Part shown: piece by piece, positions 38,002 through 48,273 of the stretch
How the letters are laid out: each line of letters starts with the position of its first letter
Position numbering within the stretch: the first letter of the stretch is position 1
Virus record (IMG/VR): IMGVR_UViG_3300035101_000015
Span: 64,001-128,000 of that record
Source of the DNA: a virus
Lineage: Duplodnaviria > Caudoviricetes
DNA length: 64,000 nucleotides
Direction: 5' to 3' (one strand)
Program-made: the position numbers and the translations under genes
The notes under the pieces: generated by a model
What the model saw: only the letters and a program-made list of their open reading frames with translations
The model's database searches: none
What the model was told of the DNA's origin: nothing

Positions 38002-38029
38002 CGCAAGGCTCACGTGGGTGCGTGATAAG
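38002..38029 (+). promoter_or_regulatory. Putative promoter CGCAAG-N16-GATAAG
   Basis: Shared motif upstream of the replication operon. Confidence 0.55.
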
Positions 38030-38053
38030 GGCTAGCGCGAACAGGAGAATAGG

Positions 38054-39448
38054 ATGGCGTCATGGGAACACCAACTTCTTTCGAGAATCATCCGCACAGG
38101 CGACATGAACACGGTGCTCCAGTGGGGCATCGGCTACGAGGACTTCCTGACGAGTGAGGGAAGAGCCATCTTCCAACACATGCTCGGGTACTTCCAGATG
38201 CCCGAGACTTCGGGCGCCGTACTCGGGCCCTACGCACTGCAGCAGCACTACCCTACCTTCCATCTGTGCGACGACGGTTCGATGACCATCGACTCCCTCT
38301 GTCACGAGGTGCGTCAGAATCGAATCAAGACTGAGGGACACGAGCTCATCGTCAAGGCGAGCGAGATGCTCCAGATGAACCCGATGGCGGCGGTCAACCA
38401 CCTATCCAACGGGTCCAACTACCTGCAGTCCATCGGCACTACGCGCAAGACGGACGTCTTCATGGACGAGTCCATGGGACGAACGATGCAGCGCTACGAG
38501 CTGAAGGAGCAGGGCGTCGACATGTCGGTGTGCCCGATGCCGTGGGAGCCGTTGCAGGAGGCCACAGGTGGCCTCGAGGAGGAGGACTACGTCGTCATCT
38601 ACGGACGACCTAAGTCGATGAAGACGTGGGTGCTCGCATTCCTCATTGCCTGGTGCATAGACCAGGGAAAGCGGATGCTCATCTACACGAAGGAGATGAC
38701 GGCCGACAACATCTTCCAGAGAGTGGCAGCGGTCCTCGCTGGAGTTCGGTATCACGAGTTCCGGCGTGCCCGCCTCAACCCAGAGGAGAAGGCAGCCATC
38801 TACGCAGTGTGGCGGTACATCTACGCCATCCGGCAGCAGCAGCCCATAGTCTGCCTGTCCGCCAAGGATGCAGGCCATGGAGGCGACACTGTTCCATGGC
38901 TGCGCAGCAAGGTGGAGCAGCACAGACCCGACATCTGCTGCATCGACGGGATGTATCTGATGTCCAGCACGAGCGCCAACCCTCGACAGAAGGACAACGC
39001 TCGGGTGAGAGACATCAGTCGTGCCTTGAGGCAGATGAACCTGGATACGCGTGTGCCTATCATCTCCACCATCCAGGCCAACCGAGAGGCCGCGAAGCAC
39101 TCAGATGCGAACCTGGATGAGATTGCGTTCTCGGACGCCATCGGACAAGACGCCACGCTCGCCATGCGGGTCATCAATGAGAAGCACCAGCCAACGCTGG
39201 CACTCGTAGTTGGTGGCTCACGCGAGTACGACCTGGAGGGATTCCGCATCTACGGGCTGCCTGCCTACAACTTCGGCTACGCCGGACCGCTCACCACTGC
39301 CGAGGTGCTTGCTGCACAACAAGCGGACAACCCAGAGGTAGCAGTCGGCAAGCAGGGTCGTAGGAAGACTGCTGCAAAGCAGGTACAAGACATGAGCGAG
39401 GTCGCCCAGGCGGCCCAGAAATTCCAGAGCATGAACACGGAGGACTGA
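38054..39448 (+). CDS. dnaB: DnaB-like replicative helicase
   Basis: GRPKSMKT, KEM, IDGMYLM, TIQANR, FSDAIGQDA. Confidence 0.85.
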   Translation: MASWEHQLLSRIIRTGDMNTVLQWGIGYEDFLTSEGRAIFQHMLGYFQMPETSGAVLGPYALQQHYPTFHLCDDGSMTIDSLCHEVRQNRIKTEGHELIVKASEMLQMNPMAAVNHLSNGSNYLQSIGTTRKTDVFMDESMGRTMQRYELKEQGVDMSVCPMPWEPLQEATGGLEEEDYVVIYGRPKSMKTWVLAFLIAWCIDQGKRMLIYTKEMTADNIFQRVAAVLAGVRYHEFRRARLNPEEKAAIYAVWRYIYAIRQQQPIVCLSAKDAGHGGDTVPWLRSKVEQHRPDICCIDGMYLMSSTSANPRQKDNARVRDISRALRQMNLDTRVPIISTIQANREAAKHSDANLDEIAFSDAIGQDATLAMRVINEKHQPTLALVVGGSREYDLEGFRIYGLPAYNFGYAGPLTTAEVLAAQQADNPEVAVGKQGRRKTAAKQVQDMSEVAQAAQKFQSMNTED

Positions 39449-40491
39449 TGGACGTACAGGCGGAGGTCCTCGCTGTCGCTCAGTCGTACCTACGCAAGGT
39501 AGGGCGCTCGGGCGCCGAGAACATCATGGCCATCTGTCCCTTCCATAGGAAGCTGGACGGGTCCGAGGAATCTACTCCGTCATTCTCCATGTCCCTGACG
39601 AAGGGGGTGTACTTCTGCCACGCGTGCCACGCCAAGGGCAGCTTGTACACCTTCTTCAAGGAGCTGGGACTCGACCGGCAGACCATCAACTTTCGATACG
39701 GTTTGCTGCTCGATGGTGTGGCGAAGAACATGCCGGCGCGCCCAGACCCTGGGCGCCCGCGTGAGATATGGGTCGACCTTGAGTCGGCAATCGATGAAGC
39801 CCTGCTTGGTCTGTTCGACCACGATGTGACCGCCCTGCTCCCCGACTTCGACCCAGAGACGTTGAACCACTTTGACGTTGGATGGGACGGGTGGTGGAAC
39901 CGCGTCACCTTCCCCATCCGGGACATGGACGGAAAGCTCATCGCCATCAGTGGCAGGGCGGTCTACCCAGAGCAGGAGCCCAGGTACAAAATCTACGAGG
40001 AGGAATACAAGGTCTGGGACTTCCCGCCCCGCTACGGATGGAACAAGCGTACCGCCCTCTGGAACGCTTGCGCGGTCTACCCAGAACTTCATCTCCACAC
40101 CCCCGACCAGGGATTCATAGTGGTGGTGGAGGGGTTCAAGGCTGCCATGTGGGTGTGGCAGGCAGGGATAACGAACGTGGTAGCCCTGCTCGGAAGTTAT
40201 TTGTCCTGGGAGCAGGGGTGGATACTTGAACGCCTCGGCGTCCCGGTGTACTTGTTCTTGGACAACAACGCTCCAGGGTGGGCAGGTCAGATAGACGCAG
40301 CCGCCCGGCTTACAGAGAAAGGGGTGACCGTACGATTCATCGAGTACCCGTTGAGGCTGCAAGATGATGAAGACGCACAGCCCGACAGCCTTACCGAGCT
40401 TGAAGTACTACAACAAAAGGCGAGAGCGCCTCACTACAGAGACTGGCTGCTGAAGCAGCATGGAGAACGGCATGGCATTCGGCAAGGATGA
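39448..40491 (+). CDS. dnaG: DnaG-like primase
   Basis: CPFH...CHAC zinc finger, FPIRD...GR, PRYK, Toprim VVEG. Confidence 0.85.
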   Translation: MDVQAEVLAVAQSYLRKVGRSGAENIMAICPFHRKLDGSEESTPSFSMSLTKGVYFCHACHAKGSLYTFFKELGLDRQTINFRYGLLLDGVAKNMPARPDPGRPREIWVDLESAIDEALLGLFDHDVTALLPDFDPETLNHFDVGWDGWWNRVTFPIRDMDGKLIAISGRAVYPEQEPRYKIYEEEYKVWDFPPRYGWNKRTALWNACAVYPELHLHTPDQGFIVVVEGFKAAMWVWQAGITNVVALLGSYLSWEQGWILERLGVPVYLFLDNNAPGWAGQIDAAARLTEKGVTVRFIEYPLRLQDDEDAQPDSLTELEVLQQKARAPHYRDWLLKQHGERHGIRQG

Positions 40492-41914
40492 CACACAGCT
40501 ATCGAACATCCCCGTCTATGGCTCCTCTGGGAGCTTCACTCAGACGGGGCACACCTCAAGCGTGGCGCGCAGGGGCAGGAGCAAGATGCCCTACTGGCGC
40601 AATACACTCGAGCTGAGCGAAGACCCTCAGCGACCAGACCGCATTCGGCTCATTCCAGCCGACTACAAGCAGCACGTGACTGACCCAGGAACTGGTCAAC
40701 TCGTGGAGATGTCCCGCCCCTTCGTGGAGTTCCGAGAGCACTTCCACGCATCCAGCAATCGAGGTGCAATCTGCAGCGCGGGACCGCGCTTCCTCGACAA
40801 GCAGAATCGAGACCCCTGTCGTGGTTGCGACATCTGGGAGGAGGACAAGGCAGAGCGCGACGCGAAGAAGGCTCGAGGTGATGAGACCAAGGGGCCCAAT
40901 CGCATCTCGCGCATGGACAAGTTCGCGTTCACCGCACTGGACTACGCGTACTACTTCGAGATGCCGCAGACAGACAACCGCACTGGCCAGTTCCGCATGA
41001 ACCCGAAGACCAACCAGCCCTACATGGAGTGGGTCAAGGCGTTCAACCCACAGGACCCGGTGTTCACTGGGCGCAAGTGGCGAGAAGGCTCCACGCGACC
41101 GTGGATTATGCCCAAGACGCAGAAGGACAAGCTGGTCGACCGCAACATCATCATCGGCAACCAGTGCCTGGCATGTGGGCAGCCGGGGATGTACTCACGC
41201 GGTTGGTACTGTGGCAATCCTCAGTGCCGACAGCTCATCTTCGACCCCAACAACACGACGCTCAGTCTGGATGAGCAGAAGACGAAGTCCCGTGAGCTCT
41301 ACACTTGCCCACACTGCAGCACGCGGTCGCATCCCGTCGAGGTCGTCCAGTGCTTGCACTGTGGTGGTGACAAGCGGGCCCAGATTTTCGATGTGGACCT
41401 GTACGTCTACCTGGCGCCCACAGGCAACGGGAAGCAGAAGAGTCTGGAGATTGTGACACACAGCGCACCAGGGCCTGTCGTGTTGCAGGACCCGGAGTCG
41501 ATGAAGTGGGTCAAGCCCCTCAAGCTCATCGAGCGGTTCGCACCCACGGCCCTCGAGGAGCAGGCGAAGCTGTGGAACATCACCACCCCAGCGCCTGCAC
41601 CACAGCCTGCGGCACCTCAACAGCAACAGTGGGCACCACCCCCAGGAGCTCCGGCAGCGTACGCGCCGCCTGCCCCTGCGCCCGCAGCAGCCATGCCGCC
41701 AAACCCGATGGGAGCGCCTGCCGATGCGGCCGGCAACCCCATCTATCAGCCACCCATGGCGCCTCCCCCGGCGCCGGCTCCGGTGGCCCCACCTCAACCC
41801 CCACCACCGATGGCGCCGCCAGCGCCTCCGGCTCCTCCAGCCACGCCAGCCCAAGAGGGTGACGTAGCCTCCATGCTCGCAGCATTGGGCGGAGGTTCCG
41901 GGAACAATAGCTAG
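40460..41914 (+). CDS. Putative ssDNA-binding protein with zinc ribbons and Pro-rich tail
   Basis: Located between primase and polymerase; IRLIP...EHF...CS...CRGC pattern like gp32-type SSBs; start may be 40472. Confidence 0.5.
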   Translation: MENGMAFGKDDTQLSNIPVYGSSGSFTQTGHTSSVARRGRSKMPYWRNTLELSEDPQRPDRIRLIPADYKQHVTDPGTGQLVEMSRPFVEFREHFHASSNRGAICSAGPRFLDKQNRDPCRGCDIWEEDKAERDAKKARGDETKGPNRISRMDKFAFTALDYAYYFEMPQTDNRTGQFRMNPKTNQPYMEWVKAFNPQDPVFTGRKWREGSTRPWIMPKTQKDKLVDRNIIIGNQCLACGQPGMYSRGWYCGNPQCRQLIFDPNNTTLSLDEQKTKSRELYTCPHCSTRSHPVEVVQCLHCGGDKRAQIFDVDLYVYLAPTGNGKQKSLEIVTHSAPGPVVLQDPESMKWVKPLKLIERFAPTALEEQAKLWNITTPAPAPQPAAPQQQQWAPPPGAPAAYAPPAPAPAAAMPPNPMGAPADAAGNPIYQPPMAPPPAPAPVAPPQPPPPMAPPAPPAPPATPAQEGDVASMLAALGGGSGNNS

Positions 41915-41920
41915 GGACCA

Positions 41921-41958
41921 GGCGCCCGCTCCTACCTTTTCTCCGGGGAGCGGGCGCC
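41921..41958 (+). other. 12-bp intergenic hairpin
   Basis: GGCGCCCGCTCC/GGAGCGGGCGCC. Confidence 0.4.
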
Positions 41959-41977
41959 GAATCCCGTCTGGTGAAAC

Positions 41978-43921
41978 ATGACAGGTTGGAACATCGACGT
42001 TCCCACCACGGACTACTACGGACCGTGGCCCGGGGAACCAATGCACGAGTTCGATGCTGACGCAGTCCAAGCACTCGTCAACGAGCTTCAGGCTCAGCCA
42101 CTCATAGCCATCGATACAGAGACGACCGGCCTCACTCTGTGGAAGGACCTTCCTCTGTACTGGTCGCTGGCGTGGGGGAACAAGCGCTGCACGCTACACG
42201 CGAGCATGCTCCACTACTTCCAGGGCGTCTTCAACGACCCGTCCAAGTGGTGGGTGTTCGCCAACGCGAAGTACGACGCGCACATCTTAGCCAACGTGAG
42301 TACCTTCTTCGCAGGGAACCTCGTGGACACACAGGTGATGCACGCGCTGCTATACGAGGACAAGCCGCACCGACTCAAGTTCATGTGCAAGCACATCTTG
42401 GGCTGGACGTGGGGCGACTTCGAGGACACCTTCGGCAAGATTGGCAAGCGCCAGAGTGCCGAGGACGTCATCCGCAAGGCGGAGCGTGAGGACTTCCCAC
42501 TGCTGGTCGAGTACGCAGCCAATGACGCGTGGGGAACCCTGGGCGTGTTCAACGAGCTGCGTGGACAGCTCGAGCGCGCCGGCACGCATTCTCTCTTCAG
42601 GAGCAAGCCTCCCTACATAGAGAACCTGTGGGACCTCTTCTACAAGGTGGAGGTTCCCTACACGAAGTGCCTGTGGCGCATGGAGCGACACGGCATCAAG
42701 GTAAATCGGCAGACGCTGGAGAACGCCCGACCGCAAGCCGAGGCTGAGCTGGACCGCATCGGGCGCGAGCTGTTCCGCCTGCGCGGGCAGCCTGTGAACA
42801 TCAACAGCACACCGCAGCTCAAGAAGTGGCTCATCGACGAGAAGGGACTCAAGCCCATCAAGTGGACGAAGGGCGGGAAGAAGGGCATCCGTCAGCCCAG
42901 CACCGACGCACAGTTCCTACAGCACTACGCCGACCAAGGTGTGGAGGAGTGCGCGCTCATCCTGCAGCACCGTGACTACTCCAAGCTGCTGGGGACGTAC
43001 ATCAACGGGCTGCACGAGCTGCTCGACCCAGTGGACCGCATCCACACGAAGTTCAACCAGGACGTGGCACGCACTGGACGACTGTCGAGCTCGGAGCCCA
43101 ACCTGCAGAACATCCCACGACCGGAGAACGACCACTGGAACCTACGTGGCGCCTTCGTCCCCGAGGATGGCTACACGATGCTGTGCCTAGACTACGCCCA
43201 GTTGGAGATGCGGCTGCTGGCCGCTGCCTCGCTCGAGCAGAGCATGATTGAGATGATTCACTCGGGCAAGGACATCCACATGGGCAACGCCGAAATCGTC
43301 TTCGGGCTTCCCTACGACGACATCAAGGCAGCCAAGAAGAAGGACAAGGCCGACTTCACCGAGTACGACAAGCAGTGCATGGCTGCTCGGTCAGCCGTGA
43401 AGAACATCGGCTTCGGCATCCTGTACGGCATGGGCCCCAACAAGATGGCGAACGACTTGGGCATAACAGTAGAGGAAGCTGAGGCGAAGATTGCTCAGTT
43501 CCTCGATACCTACCCTGCAGTGAAGGCATTCACCGAGGAGGCGGTTCAGGAGACGGAGCGCACCGGCTACGCATTCACCGTGCTCGGCCGACGGCGCAAC
43601 ATCCCCGAGATTGCCTCCAACAGTCGTGCCGAGCGAAGTCGTGGTGAACGGCTGGCGGTGAACACCCAGATTCAGGGTAGTGCTGCTGACGTGGTGAAGA
43701 TGGCCCAGATTCTCTACGACAAGCTGGGCTTCGAGCGTGACTTCGGTTGCCGCATGCTCCTGCAGGTTCATGACGAGCTCGTGTTCGAGTGCCCCAACCA
43801 ACACGTAGACCATATGCTGGGGGAGATTCAGGAGATGATGCAGCACCCATTCAGTGAAGACCTGGCTGTCTTTCTCGAGGCAGATGGTGGCAAGGGCACT
43901 TCATGGGGTGAGGCGAAGTAG
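41978..43921 (+). CDS. polA: DNA polymerase family A (3'-5' exonuclease + polymerase)
   Basis: DTETTG, NAKYD, YAANDA; TGRLSS, DYAQLEMR, KNIGFGILYG, QVHDEL. Confidence 0.95.
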   Translation: MTGWNIDVPTTDYYGPWPGEPMHEFDADAVQALVNELQAQPLIAIDTETTGLTLWKDLPLYWSLAWGNKRCTLHASMLHYFQGVFNDPSKWWVFANAKYDAHILANVSTFFAGNLVDTQVMHALLYEDKPHRLKFMCKHILGWTWGDFEDTFGKIGKRQSAEDVIRKAEREDFPLLVEYAANDAWGTLGVFNELRGQLERAGTHSLFRSKPPYIENLWDLFYKVEVPYTKCLWRMERHGIKVNRQTLENARPQAEAELDRIGRELFRLRGQPVNINSTPQLKKWLIDEKGLKPIKWTKGGKKGIRQPSTDAQFLQHYADQGVEECALILQHRDYSKLLGTYINGLHELLDPVDRIHTKFNQDVARTGRLSSSEPNLQNIPRPENDHWNLRGAFVPEDGYTMLCLDYAQLEMRLLAAASLEQSMIEMIHSGKDIHMGNAEIVFGLPYDDIKAAKKKDKADFTEYDKQCMAARSAVKNIGFGILYGMGPNKMANDLGITVEEAEAKIAQFLDTYPAVKAFTEEAVQETERTGYAFTVLGRRRNIPEIASNSRAERSRGERLAVNTQIQGSAADVVKMAQILYDKLGFERDFGCRMLLQVHDELVFECPNQHVDHMLGEIQEMMQHPFSEDLAVFLEADGGKGTSWGEAK

Positions 43922-43970
43922 CTGGTGGGGCCTCCCGAGGTCGGGTATCCTCTGACCAAAGGAGGCCACC

Positions 43971-44150
43971 ATGCCCGAGAACGATGAAGGAATGGACAAG
44001 TTCGGTGTAGATGAAACGCAGGGACTCTCTTCCGAGGAGCAGGAGAAGCGCGCCGCCAAGGGCTGCCCACGATGTGGGAAGGAGCTCGTCAAGCACGGCG
44101 CGGTCATCCTCTGCCCCGACTGCGGAAGTGAGCCCTTCGAGAAGGGCTAG
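43971..44150 (+). CDS. Small zinc-ribbon protein (59 aa, absent from the ORF track)
   Basis: AAAGGAGG RBS; MPENDEG...CPRCG...CPDCGSEPFEKG. Confidence 0.65.
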   Translation: MPENDEGMDKFGVDETQGLSSEEQEKRAAKGCPRCGKELVKHGAVILCPDCGSEPFEKG

Positions 44151-44151
44151 G

Positions 44152-45519
44152 ATGGCAACACGGAAGAAGGGAAAGAAGAAGACTACGAAGAAGACCACGA
44201 AGAGAGCGGCGGTGAAGAGGACTCCCCCGCCGCCCGTGGTCACAGGAGGGGGCGAACCGCTGGCGTCACTGGCGGTCGCTCCTCCCCCACCGCCCACGAC
44301 GGACCAGGCATTCCTGGAGCGTCAGGCGGCACTCGATGCAGTGGCCAATGCCTTCAATGAAGATGGTCACATGGTCATGGTGCGTGGGGATGAGGCGCCC
44401 AATCCCTACATCCTGCGGCGGCCCACTGGCATCATGGAGCTCGACATCGACCTCGCTGGTGGCTGGCCTGCTGGTGGAGCGTGCTTCGTCTCCGGGCCGG
44501 ACAACTCCGGCAAGACGTGGCTGATGCTCCAGACGATGGCAATGCAGCAGCGCATCTACGGACAGCGTTGCGTGCAGGCTATGGCCATCACTGAAGGTGG
44601 CTTCCCATACGACCAGTGCATGCGGGTCGGGCTGCGCATCGCAGTGCCTGACGACATGATTCGCCAGTGGCAGCAGGTACGCGTCCAACGTGGCCTAGCC
44701 CCCTACACGGTGCAGGACCTCACCTACTTCAAGGAGCAAGTAGGCGACTTCCGCATCATCCGTGGGTCCACTGGTGAAGAAGTGTTGAGCGTGCTCCTCC
44801 AGGTCATAGGAACCCGAGCATGCTCCATCGTATGCGTCGACTCGCTACAGGGGCTCCGTCCCCTTGCCGATGCAGACAAGGAGATGGATGAGGCATCCAA
44901 GCGCGCGGCACACGCCTCGATGATTACCGAGTTCTTCAAGCGCTACATCCCCATCACCACAGGGCTGTCGGGAGTGAACTCGACCACGCTGCTGATGACG
45001 CAGCAGGTACGCTCCAACTCTGCCAAGGCAGAGGCTTCAGCCAACATCCAGAAGTACCTGAAGGATTGGGCCATCGCTGGCTCCTACGCCGGTCGTCACT
45101 ACAAGCTGGTCGACCTCATCTTGTACGACGGCGCTGTCGACAAGCGGGAGGTGTCAGGGCAGGGCAAGATTGCCGTTGGCAAGACCCTGAAGTGGGAGTT
45201 CGAGAAGGGCAAGGCCGGCACCCACGACAACATCCAAGGCGAGGTCCAGTACCGGTACATGCTCAATGACGGTACGGCATTCCCACCAGGTGTCGACTTC
45301 CTAGGCACTGTCATGGACTCCGCACAGCAGCGTGGCGTCCTCCGCAAGGTGGGGAGCAAATACACACTGGTGCGACCAGACACCAACCAGGTGCTGGAGG
45401 AGTACTCCGCCCCGAGTCTCAAGGCGTTCAGGCGCTGCATGGAGCTCGACGAGGAGTTCGAGATGTCCGTCAGGCTGGAGGTACTCGCAGCAGCAGGTGT
45501 CCAATGCCTCTATCAGTGA
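44152..45519 (+). CDS. recA: RecA-family recombinase with basic N-terminal tail
   Basis: PTGIMELDIDLAGG, GPDNSGKT, CVDSL, QQVR, EKGK. Confidence 0.85.
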   Translation: MATRKKGKKKTTKKTTKRAAVKRTPPPPVVTGGGEPLASLAVAPPPPPTTDQAFLERQAALDAVANAFNEDGHMVMVRGDEAPNPYILRRPTGIMELDIDLAGGWPAGGACFVSGPDNSGKTWLMLQTMAMQQRIYGQRCVQAMAITEGGFPYDQCMRVGLRIAVPDDMIRQWQQVRVQRGLAPYTVQDLTYFKEQVGDFRIIRGSTGEEVLSVLLQVIGTRACSIVCVDSLQGLRPLADADKEMDEASKRAAHASMITEFFKRYIPITTGLSGVNSTTLLMTQQVRSNSAKAEASANIQKYLKDWAIAGSYAGRHYKLVDLILYDGAVDKREVSGQGKIAVGKTLKWEFEKGKAGTHDNIQGEVQYRYMLNDGTAFPPGVDFLGTVMDSAQQRGVLRKVGSKYTLVRPDTNQVLEEYSAPSLKAFRRCMELDEEFEMSVRLEVLAAAGVQCLYQ

Positions 45520-46016
45520 AGGTACGACTCGACTACGACGACACGCCGCGCACTCCCTACATCACCATCAACGTACGCACGGATGATGGTCAGGGAGCCT
45601 CGCAGCCCATCAACTACTTCAACCTATTTGGCAGCGAGCACGTCGTCTTCATCCTTCCTCCCGAGGGTGGACGCCCGATGAAGAAGAAGGCCATCAAGAA
45701 GCGGTCAGAGAAGCAGGAGACGAAGCGCATCGAGGCAGTCGGGGGTCGCCGCCACAGTGGAAGCGGCTCCCGTGCCGGGTATAAGTCCGACGGTAGCGTC
45801 GGTAACCGCTATCGAATGGAGAACAAGTTCACTACGGCCGAATCGAGACGTGTGGAGCTGAAGGAGCTACGCAAGCTGAGAAGCGAGTGCCTGAATGGGC
45901 AGGTTCCCGTCTTCAACATCGACTTCCAAGACAAGCACACTGGCGCCACCAAGGAGAGCTGGGTGCTCATCCCTACCAAGGAGTGGGAGAGGCTAGCCAA
46001 TGCTGAGAACGATTGA
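45504..46016 (+). CDS. PD-(D/E)XK nuclease / resolvase-like
   Basis: E..., RHSGSG, KSDG, MENK. Confidence 0.55.
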   Translation: MPLSVKVRLDYDDTPRTPYITINVRTDDGQGASQPINYFNLFGSEHVVFILPPEGGRPMKKKAIKKRSEKQETKRIEAVGGRRHSGSGSRAGYKSDGSVGNRYRMENKFTTAESRRVELKELRKLRSECLNGQVPVFNIDFQDKHTGATKESWVLIPTKEWERLANAEND

Positions 46017-46851
46017 GGAGCTGAGAGCGCTCGATGCACCTACGAGGCAGGCGCTCGTCCACCACGCCATGCAACTCTCCACGCTGTGGTACCAGTGGAA
46101 GCTGCAGCATGATGGAGCGTTCACCATCACGGTGAAGCACGAGACGTCCAGAGAGCGGAAGACGGGCGTGCATGCCTCCGAGCTGCACGGCTGTCTCCGC
46201 AAGCTGGTCTATGCCGTTCGTGGTGAACCACGTCAGAGCGGCAACCGCGACGTGAACATGCAGCGCCGCTTCGACATCGGCACCATGACCCACGAGCTCA
46301 TTCAGCACGAGTTCAAGGAAATGTGTGCTTGGCTGAGGCAGTATGGGACCGAGCTCTACTTCGATGCGGAGGTGCCCATCCACCCAGGGCTCGGAGGTGT
46401 CGCCCAGGGGTATCACATGTACTCCAGTTGCGATGGTGTCTTCACCTTCTGCACCCAGGGAGCCCCCTACCTACGCGTAGGGCTGGAAATCAAGACGTCG
46501 TCGTACCTCGAGTTCGACAAGCTGACGAAGCCGAAGGAGGACCACGCTTGGCAGACGTGCATGTACCAACGTGCGCTCGACCTGCCGTACATGTGGGTTC
46601 TCTACTACAACAAGAGCAACAGCAACACGACACCCAGCGAGGCGCCGTGGCTGTTCCAGTTCAACGAGCCACTATGGAGTGGCACCATCGAGCCACGCAT
46701 CATGAGTGCGTACCAGATGGCCAGTGCAGGCCAGCTACCCGCACGTGAGGAAGGCCGACCGTGCGGGTGGTGCGCGTGGGCGTGGACTTGTAACCCCAAC
46801 TGCATGCGAAACAAGGAGGCTCAGGGCGGTAGCGCCGCCAGAGAGTTCTGA
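46000..46851 (+). CDS. Cas4-like PD-(D/E)XK exonuclease
   Basis: ASELHGC, CDG, LEIKT, QTCMY, CGWC...C. Confidence 0.8.
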   Translation: MLRTIEELRALDAPTRQALVHHAMQLSTLWYQWKLQHDGAFTITVKHETSRERKTGVHASELHGCLRKLVYAVRGEPRQSGNRDVNMQRRFDIGTMTHELIQHEFKEMCAWLRQYGTELYFDAEVPIHPGLGGVAQGYHMYSSCDGVFTFCTQGAPYLRVGLEIKTSSYLEFDKLTKPKEDHAWQTCMYQRALDLPYMWVLYYNKSNSNTTPSEAPWLFQFNEPLWSGTIEPRIMSAYQMASAGQLPAREEGRPCGWCAWAWTCNPNCMRNKEAQGGSAAREF

Positions 46852-47429
46852 TGCTAGATGTACCCGAGCAGCTCGGGCTGTCGAATACCGAGCAACAGAA
46901 CCTGCACCAGCAGTGGAGCACCTTCAACCAGGTGCAGCAGAGATTGAAGCAGGAGGGATTCGTGCCGCTGCCGTACCCCCAATACGCGTGTCCAGGCTAT
47001 CTGGATGTCGAAACGCTCACCGCACATGACTCACGCACTCTGACGATGGAGTACGCCAAGTACAAGGCGTGGCGAGACTTCACTGCCGAGCGCCTGGCCT
47101 ACTCCGAGCAGATTCTGCTGGAGACGAGCAACGAGATGAGCGCCATCGAGGCGCGCACGAAGAAGCGACTGCAGCAGGACTCCAAGAAGAAGTTCACGAA
47201 GGACGAGATTCGCGAGGAGGCCAGGAGCGACCAGCGCTACGAGCAGCTCAAGCTCCAGGAGCAGGAGAACAAGCAGCTCAAGGTCGCCTACGAGACACAG
47301 AGGGACCGGTTCTCCAACGGAATGAGCCTCATCTCGAGGGCCATCACCATGCGTGGTCAGGACATCGAGCAGGGCAACCGAGGCAGCAACATCGGTGCCA
47401 CTGGGACGCAGAGAGAGTTCGGAGGATGA
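46851..47429 (+). CDS. Coiled-coil protein (possibly UvsY-like)
   Basis: Helical, ends LISRAIT; located in the recombination block. Confidence 0.5.
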   Translation: MLDVPEQLGLSNTEQQNLHQQWSTFNQVQQRLKQEGFVPLPYPQYACPGYLDVETLTAHDSRTLTMEYAKYKAWRDFTAERLAYSEQILLETSNEMSAIEARTKKRLQQDSKKKFTKDEIREEARSDQRYEQLKLQEQENKQLKVAYETQRDRFSNGMSLISRAITMRGQDIEQGNRGSNIGATGTQREFGG

Positions 47430-47929
47430 TTCACATCACCATACCGAGCATCCCCATTAGCTCCAACAACGCGTACTTCACGATGGTGAAGAGGCAGGGC
47501 AAGGGCAAGTCGACCCCCATCCGTGTGCTGACCCCCAAGGGGAAGAAGTACAAGAAGGAGACGGCAACCTACATCACCCGCCACTATCCCAGTGAGCTGA
47601 GGTTCTTTCAGCCCAACGTGCCGTACGCGTTGTTGGTCCACTTCATCTTCGGGGATGAGGTCACCCTGCTCAACAAGGGGTACCCAGAAAAAGCCAAGAC
47701 TCGGTATAAGAAGCTCGACGTGGGGAACCGTCTCAAGCTATTTGAGGACGCTCTCACTGACGCAACCGGATGCGACGACTCGCAACACTGGATGGTATCC
47801 CTGAGCAAAGCCTGCGGTAGGTCCGACGAGACTCACCTGTGGGTTTGGAACATGGAAGATGAACCCTACAACCCCCTCGTCAACATCCGAGACACGCTCC
47901 TCGCCGCTGGCGAGTTGCAACAGGACTGA
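47426..47929 (+). CDS. rusA: RusA-like Holliday junction resolvase
   Basis: PISSNNAY, KLDVGNRLKLFEDAL, DDSQ; GGAGG RBS. Confidence 0.8.
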   Translation: MIHITIPSIPISSNNAYFTMVKRQGKGKSTPIRVLTPKGKKYKKETATYITRHYPSELRFFQPNVPYALLVHFIFGDEVTLLNKGYPEKAKTRYKKLDVGNRLKLFEDALTDATGCDDSQHWMVSLSKACGRSDETHLWVWNMEDEPYNPLVNIRDTLLAAGELQQD

Positions 47930-48272
47930 GCTCTACCAGCTCTGCCGGAGGTCTGGTATCAACGTCCACCCCGGCACACCAAGAGAATGGCTACTCGGGT
48001 ATCTCACCGGAGAATACGACGCTCCTCCCATGGCCGAGGAGGAGCACCCCGTCGACAAGTGGAGGCTTGGAATCATCAGCTTCCTTCTGGACTACTGGGA
48101 GCGTGTACACCCTCAGTTGAAGTGCCCAGCGAAGAACATGAAGCACTCTGACCCAGCGCAGCGCAATGAGCGGCCCTGCTTCGGGTGCTCGGACCTGCAG
48201 GTGATGACCTGCGTGGCCGACAACGCCAGGAATGAAGCTCGCATACGTATGTACCAACCAGGGAGAAAGTAG
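47859..48272 (+). CDS. Hypothetical protein
   Basis: 137-aa ORF with Cys cluster. Confidence 0.55.
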   Translation: MNPTTPSSTSETRSSPLASCNRTELYQLCRRSGINVHPGTPREWLLGYLTGEYDAPPMAEEEHPVDKWRLGIISFLLDYWERVHPQLKCPAKNMKHSDPAQRNERPCFGCSDLQVMTCVADNARNEARIRMYQPGRK

Positions 48273-48273
48273 C

